Assembly (NCBI RefSeq): GCF_003367075.2 | Contig: NZ_CP065936.1 | Coordinates: 2,070,001-2,102,000, forward strand | Length of the DNA: 32,000 nt | Reading direction: 5' to 3' | From: Cylindrospermopsis raciborskii Cr2010 | GTDB taxonomy: Bacteria; Cyanobacteriota; Cyanobacteriia; Cyanobacteriales; Nostocaceae | Shown: positions 27,655 through 32,000 of the stretch, one piece after another | How the letters are laid out: every line of letters begins with the position of its first letter | Position numbering within the stretch: position 1 is the stretch's first letter | Position numbers and translations under genes: made by a program | Notes under the pieces: generated by a model | What the model was told of the DNA's origin: nothing | Database searches by the model: none | The model's input: the letters and a program-made list of their open reading frames with translations, nothing else

Positions 27655-28143
27655 TTATTTCTGATCCAGAGTTACCAAGGGAGGTTCACTCCAAGTACCA
27701 TATCCTTGACCTTTAGCTCCTTTGGGGTTCACACCAACAGCTGGCCAGAGTAATCCCTCAGGATAAGCAGCAGATGCGGGGATAAAGGTTTTATCATTGG
27801 GCATTGTGCCATAAACATCTCGCCACTCTTGAGGTAATTGATACCATGTGGACAAGTACCAGAGCTTAATGATATTCCGGGCAATTGGTCCCAATTTTTC
27901 TGACCCTAATATATTCAACCGCAATCCTTGGGTAAGGATTGATTCTTTTCCCTGAGCTTGAGAATTAAGGTTGTGAAAGGTAGTTAATAACTCCTCAAAA
28001 ATTCTCTCTCCTACCACACTATTTACCGTGTCAAAGTAAAGACTGGTTTGTCCGGTTCCTTGAAGATGAAATCGAGAAAACCCAGTTAAAACCACTGATA
28101 AATCCAGAAAATACCCTACCAACTCGGGTTTTTGATTGCCCAT
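27655..28143 (-). CDS. Hypothetical protein; possibly a small subunit of an FAD-dependent sugar dehydrogenase (FAD-SLDH small-subunit-like)
   Basis: The 162-aa ORF contains 'KLWYLSTWYQLP...AAYPEGLLWPAVGVNPKGAKGQGYGTWSEPP'. This is reminiscent of the small subunits that pair with GMC-type large subunits. The assignment is from memory and is weak. Confidence 0.35.
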   Translation of the reverse strand: MGNQKPELVGYFLDLSVVLTGFSRFHLQGTGQTSLYFDTVNSVVGERIFEELLTTFHNLNSQAQGKESILTQGLRLNILGSEKLGPIARNIIKLWYLSTWYQLPQEWRDVYGTMPNDKTFIPASAAYPEGLLWPAVGVNPKGAKGQGYGTWSEPPLVTLDQK

Positions 28144-28275
28144 CTGTTGTTTACCTCTACAAGAACATCGTCACATTTTTTCAATCGGTCAAATTTACTT
28201 ACCCTGGATTACCTGTCTGCTCTAACACTTGGTGCGGTTATTAAACAGTGTCAGACAGTTATCACCCATAGTCTT

Positions 28276-29406
28276 TTACCAAGGATAGCGTTTTTGTGGA
28301 TCTTGAATATTAGGTATGACTCGGAACACAGGAGCACCATGAAGTCCTTCAGCATTTCCGGGGATCGGATTACGGATCAATTGGGCAGCAAGTTCTTTGA
28401 GGCGGAACATAGCCCCTACTGCTGGGATCAATTTCTCCCGCTCTCCTGTAAAAGAGGCTTCAATCTCTGCCAAAAATTTGCTGTACTCTTTTTGGAATGC
28501 TACTGCTGCTTGACGCAGTTCTCCTTCCGGATAGTCTGCTAGTGTGGCATTGGTTTTAATTGGATAAACCTCGTCCCAATTGACTTTTAAAGACTCCCCA
28601 GATGGTTTGTGGGGTGAGTCAGATTCTAAAGGATCGTCATGGTTAATGGTATAAAACTTAGTCTGTGTGAGCTGCTCAAAACGATAGAAGTGGGCCATTT
28701 CTCTTTCCGCATCATAGATAGCCCCAATTCTCGAACCTTCCCCTTGTTCCTGAATAATTCTGATGGCGCGGATAGCTGAACGTAAATCTGTCACTTCAAT
28801 GATATCCCCACCACCGTTGTAATAGTATTCAGGGGTAATCTGTAACTTAGGATCTCCACAGAATAAGGCATCTCCTTTTTCCTTATACAAGGCATTGAGA
28901 CCACGAATAATTTCTGCATAGAAGAGTCCAATGCTATAAAAAGTATTGGCAGGATTGCCCTCATGAATAGTGAGGAAGTTCTGTTTCTCTTGTGTTTCTC
29001 GAGCTACCACTAGGGGTTTATCCTCTTCTACCTCTTCTGCACGCTCGATCTTCATGAAGGTAGCGATCGCCTGAGGAGAGAACTTTATTAAATCTACTTG
29101 GAAGTCACTTGCTCCAGTGGGAATAGGAGTTGGGTAGTTAGGGATAAAATCTGGGTGTGTTAGAGTACCTTTAAGACTCCCTCCCACCGCATTCAACACA
29201 TTGGACACTAAACTCAGGTGCAGCATTTCTTCTACAGCTACCTGTCGAATAATATGAAAAGCATCCATATTCTTGCCGGGTTTGATAGAGTACAAAGCCG
29301 TCAAATAAGGAGGAATTGTTGCGTGTTCTAGCCTAAGTGCTTGCTTGAGGTAGAAGTGTAGATTTTCTACTGTCTTAATCAGTGTATAACCAGTTTGTGT
29401 GGACAT
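28276..29406 (-). CDS. Ferritin-like domain protein (PF12902-type, VioB N-terminal-like)
   Basis: 'LKQALRLEHATIPPYLTALYSIKPGKN...VAVEEMLHLSLVSNVLNAVGG' matches the ferritin-like family signature as I recall it. A GGAG lies about 9 nt upstream of the ATG. Confidence 0.65.
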   Translation of the reverse strand: MSTQTGYTLIKTVENLHFYLKQALRLEHATIPPYLTALYSIKPGKNMDAFHIIRQVAVEEMLHLSLVSNVLNAVGGSLKGTLTHPDFIPNYPTPIPTGASDFQVDLIKFSPQAIATFMKIERAEEVEEDKPLVVARETQEKQNFLTIHEGNPANTFYSIGLFYAEIIRGLNALYKEKGDALFCGDPKLQITPEYYYNGGGDIIEVTDLRSAIRAIRIIQEQGEGSRIGAIYDAEREMAHFYRFEQLTQTKFYTINHDDPLESDSPHKPSGESLKVNWDEVYPIKTNATLADYPEGELRQAAVAFQKEYSKFLAEIEASFTGEREKLIPAVGAMFRLKELAAQLIRNPIPGNAEGLHGAPVFRVIPNIQDPQKRYPW

Positions 29407-29494
29407 ATTTCTCCCAGTATTTTCTCAGTAATAATCTGTTCTGAATTCAGAAAGGAGGACTAACAATACCCCCAAAAAATTTCCTGACAAAGAC

Positions 29495-31969
29495 TTATAA
29501 CTCTTTGAGCATCTGTTCAGCAGCTTTAAAAGTCAGGGCAGCAATTGTCACAGTGGTATTAGATGTACCAATTGTGGGCATACTACCTGAGCCGACTAAA
29601 TAGAGATTAGGATGATCCCAAGACTTTAGATTTTGATCCACCACTGAGTTTTGGGGGGTAGTTCCCATAATATGGGTACCGGAGAAGTGGTTTCCACCCT
29701 TGTAAACGTAACCCGATCCTTCAAATTCAAAATATCCGGGATCCTTGGGGTCATAGTGGGTATAGTCCTCAGCACCCAAACGCTGGAACATCAGACGGGA
29801 AACTTTTCTGGTATAGGCCAAAGTTCTTAAAGAATAATCTGGCAGGTTATAATTAATTACCGGGCGATAATTACCCAGCTTATCCTTGTACTTCGGATCT
29901 ATGGTTACACGGTTACTGATATTGGGAGGCATTTCACACATAAATGCTAGTAACAGTTGACGCGAGATTCTATTAATCAGAGTTTCGCGCAATTCCGCAC
30001 CATATTTATTTTTGTGATCAACAGCATCAAATAATTCCGTATCAGGGGATCCGGTTGCCCATCCCCAACCATCATTGTGAATATCCACGGCAAATCCAGA
30101 TTGTTTGGCACGGAATTTTCCATCTCGTAAACTACCAATACCTGAAGTTACCAAAGGTCCACGCATAGTTCCAGTTACTTCTGGCATCAAAGCCCAAGCT
30201 AAAACGAAGGGGTGATCCATCAAATGGCGCCCAATCATATCACTTGTATTAGGTAAATTACAAGACAGCATGAGCCGGGCATTTTCCACAGCATTTGCTG
30301 CTAGCACAAACAATGTCCCCTCAACTTTTAGAGGAGAGTCAATGGAACCGGTTTTTTCATTTCCATAGTACTTGTACTCAATGCTTTCTATACGCCCATT
30401 TTCGCGATTGTAGTTGATATGGAAAGCTACTGCTTTTGGTAATATGTGAACCCGACCTGTTTCTAGAGCTCTTGCTAGGGTGCGACGAGCATCATATTTA
30501 GCTTGAGCTGGACAAATTGGCACACAATTAGCGTTCCCTTGACAACGTTCTCCATACTGAACAGGAGTAACACTGCTAACCCCTTGAGGCACAAATAAAT
30601 TACCATGATCATACTTAGGATTGGGTATGCCATTACGTCCCTGGGGGAAGGTAGAGAATTTTAACTCTACGGTTTCACCACACACCTGAACCTTTGTGCC
30701 ATCCACCTTTTCTATAACTTTCTGGTCTAGGAATGATGGTGGCATCTTTTCCATGGGAAAGACGTATCCATCTTCAAATTTGAGACCTAGGCTTTTCTGC
30801 TCTTCTACATCTCCAGAAACCCCTATTTCATACTCTGCTTGTTGATAATAAGGCATCAGGTCGTCATAAGAAATCGGCCAATCCAGACCCTGTCCATAGA
30901 GGCTTTTGGTCTTGAAATCATTGGGTAACATTCTCGGTGTCTTCGCTTCCCAGTGCATGGTTGTTCCCCCTAGAACCCTAGTGTAAGAACCTCCAAGAGT
31001 CATGGGACCCTTTTCTACAAAATACCCATTATCGTCCATGGGACTTTGGACATAGTGGTTTTCTGGATAGGGAGAGTTGGGATGCTTTTCTGTGGATCCA
31101 TAGAAGGTATCCAAATAATGTTGAAATCCTGAAAGGGTTAAGTCCTTAGCCTCTCCCGCTTCCAGAATTAAGACGGTTTTGCCCTGCTGACTTAATCGTT
31201 TAGCAACAATGGCTCCAGCCACACCAGCTCCAACTATTACCACATCATATTTTGGTAACAATCTATCGGGTGTAATAAATGTTGTTGTAGTTGTTGTTTG
31301 ATTTTGATTCACATTAGGCTCCTGAATAGGGAGTTCTTCCTTTTGCCAAGTAGCGCCAAGAATGGCACCATGCTTAGCATTTTTGGTTTTATCATTGGCA
31401 TCCCCATTTAAAGGGTAATAAGCTACCAATCCCGCTTCACTTCCACTTAGGCGGCGGTTCATGTTTTGTTCAATTTCCTCTGGGGTGCGGGCAATGTTCC
31501 ACAACCTGACCTCAGCCATTTTACCTTCAAAGTAACCATCGTTTGACCAGCTACTCTTTCCTATGTAGTTTAGCTTGCGAACCACATTGTCTGGAAGACG
31601 GAATGGTTTTGTTTGAAGCAATTTACCATTCTTGTAGAGTTTAGCCTCCCCGGATTTATTGATGGTAGCAGCTACGTGTGTCCACTTACCTATCTCTAAG
31701 GAGTTAGGAACTTCAAAAACATATGCCCCCGTACTAGTACCAACAAGATGGAATCCCAGGGAATTAGATTTTCCTGCATGACCTAAGACAATATTTTTCT
31801 GTCCTGGTCCGTTGCCAAACTCAACAATTCTTGACCAATACTGTTCAAAACTACCGTACCAGACCCATGCTTCTACCGTAAATCCCTGGGAGTAATCAGT
31901 ATTGTCTGTTGGTAAAACTACATGATTGTCTTTTCCATCGAAGCAAAGCACATTTGATTTTTGACTCAC
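29495..31969 (-). CDS. GMC-family FAD oxidoreductase with an N-terminal LamG/concanavalin-A-like lectin domain
   Basis: The N-terminal ~200 aa are LamG-like ('FTVEAWVWYGS...WTHVAATINKSGEAKLYKNGKLL...MAEVRLWNIARTPEEI'). An Rossmann FAD motif 'YDVVIVGAGVAGAIVAKRL' follows. The GMC C-terminus is 'GTHIMGTTPQNSVVDQNLKSWDHPNLYLVGSGSMPTIGTSNTTVTIAALTFKAAE'. The GTG start at 31969 is preceded by AGGAG with a 6-nt spacer. Confidence 0.85.
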   Translation of the reverse strand: MSQKSNVLCFDGKDNHVVLPTDNTDYSQGFTVEAWVWYGSFEQYWSRIVEFGNGPGQKNIVLGHAGKSNSLGFHLVGTSTGAYVFEVPNSLEIGKWTHVAATINKSGEAKLYKNGKLLQTKPFRLPDNVVRKLNYIGKSSWSNDGYFEGKMAEVRLWNIARTPEEIEQNMNRRLSGSEAGLVAYYPLNGDANDKTKNAKHGAILGATWQKEELPIQEPNVNQNQTTTTTTFITPDRLLPKYDVVIVGAGVAGAIVAKRLSQQGKTVLILEAGEAKDLTLSGFQHYLDTFYGSTEKHPNSPYPENHYVQSPMDDNGYFVEKGPMTLGGSYTRVLGGTTMHWEAKTPRMLPNDFKTKSLYGQGLDWPISYDDLMPYYQQAEYEIGVSGDVEEQKSLGLKFEDGYVFPMEKMPPSFLDQKVIEKVDGTKVQVCGETVELKFSTFPQGRNGIPNPKYDHGNLFVPQGVSSVTPVQYGERCQGNANCVPICPAQAKYDARRTLARALETGRVHILPKAVAFHINYNRENGRIESIEYKYYGNEKTGSIDSPLKVEGTLFVLAANAVENARLMLSCNLPNTSDMIGRHLMDHPFVLAWALMPEVTGTMRGPLVTSGIGSLRDGKFRAKQSGFAVDIHNDGWGWATGSPDTELFDAVDHKNKYGAELRETLINRISRQLLLAFMCEMPPNISNRVTIDPKYKDKLGNYRPVINYNLPDYSLRTLAYTRKVSRLMFQRLGAEDYTHYDPKDPGYFEFEGSGYVYKGGNHFSGTHIMGTTPQNSVVDQNLKSWDHPNLYLVGSGSMPTIGTSNTTVTIAALTFKAAEQMLKEL

Positions 31970-32000
31970 TCAGCACTCCTATTTCAGACTGTTATTTTTA

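Noticed and set aside
28132-28542. A 136-aa plus-strand ORF spanning the gap between the small-subunit-like and ferritin-like genes.
   Set aside because: It overlaps the 3' end of the ferritin-like gene in antisense, uses a non-ATG start, and has no recognisable features.

Overview
This is a cyanobacterial chromosomal window. It is roughly 40% GC by eye and carries 11 perfect HIP1 octamers (GCGATCGC); a filamentous or Nostocales-like origin is only an inference. It has three zones.

(1) 1-4760 is a gene-poor, decayed flank. I can recognise at least three frameshifted, stop-riddled pseudogenes: an Hsp70-like ATPase, a small PD-(D/E)XK-like protein and a fatty-acid-desaturase-family protein. 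Nothing here is convincingly intact.

(2) About 4770-17711 is a head-to-tail array of eight ~1.6-kb paralogous genes (seven intact, one frameshifted) plus a 7-codon stub of a ninth unit. Each gene encodes an N-terminal P-loop NTPase (Walker A 'APRQVGKTT', Walker B 'LVVF[LI]DEID') fused to a C-terminal PD-(D/E)XK-type nuclease motif ('GRMDI...ME/IE-x-K'). The copies are mosaics, not simple duplicates. A near-identical scaffold carries two discrete variable cassettes: V1 with 2 forms and V2 with 3 forms. All six V1xV2 combinations are present. Identity tracts are out of register with gene boundaries, which implies ongoing unequal crossover or gene conversion in the conserved core. This is the most unusual feature of the window. 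I interpret it, as inference, as a recombinationally diversified NTPase-nuclease paralogue library, possibly defence-related.

(3) 17815-31969 holds ten co-directional minus-strand genes. They pair H2O2-producing oxidase families (a LamG-fused GMC oxidoreductase and a glyoxal/galactose-oxidase-like protein) with a DyP-type peroxidase. The rest are a ferritin-like protein, two xylose-isomerase-like TIM-barrel proteins (one with a signal peptide), a SnoaL-like protein, a pentapeptide-repeat protein and a secreted GH15 glucoamylase/glucodextranase with a CBM20 starch-binding module.

I found no rRNA, tRNA, CRISPR array, transposase or integrase.
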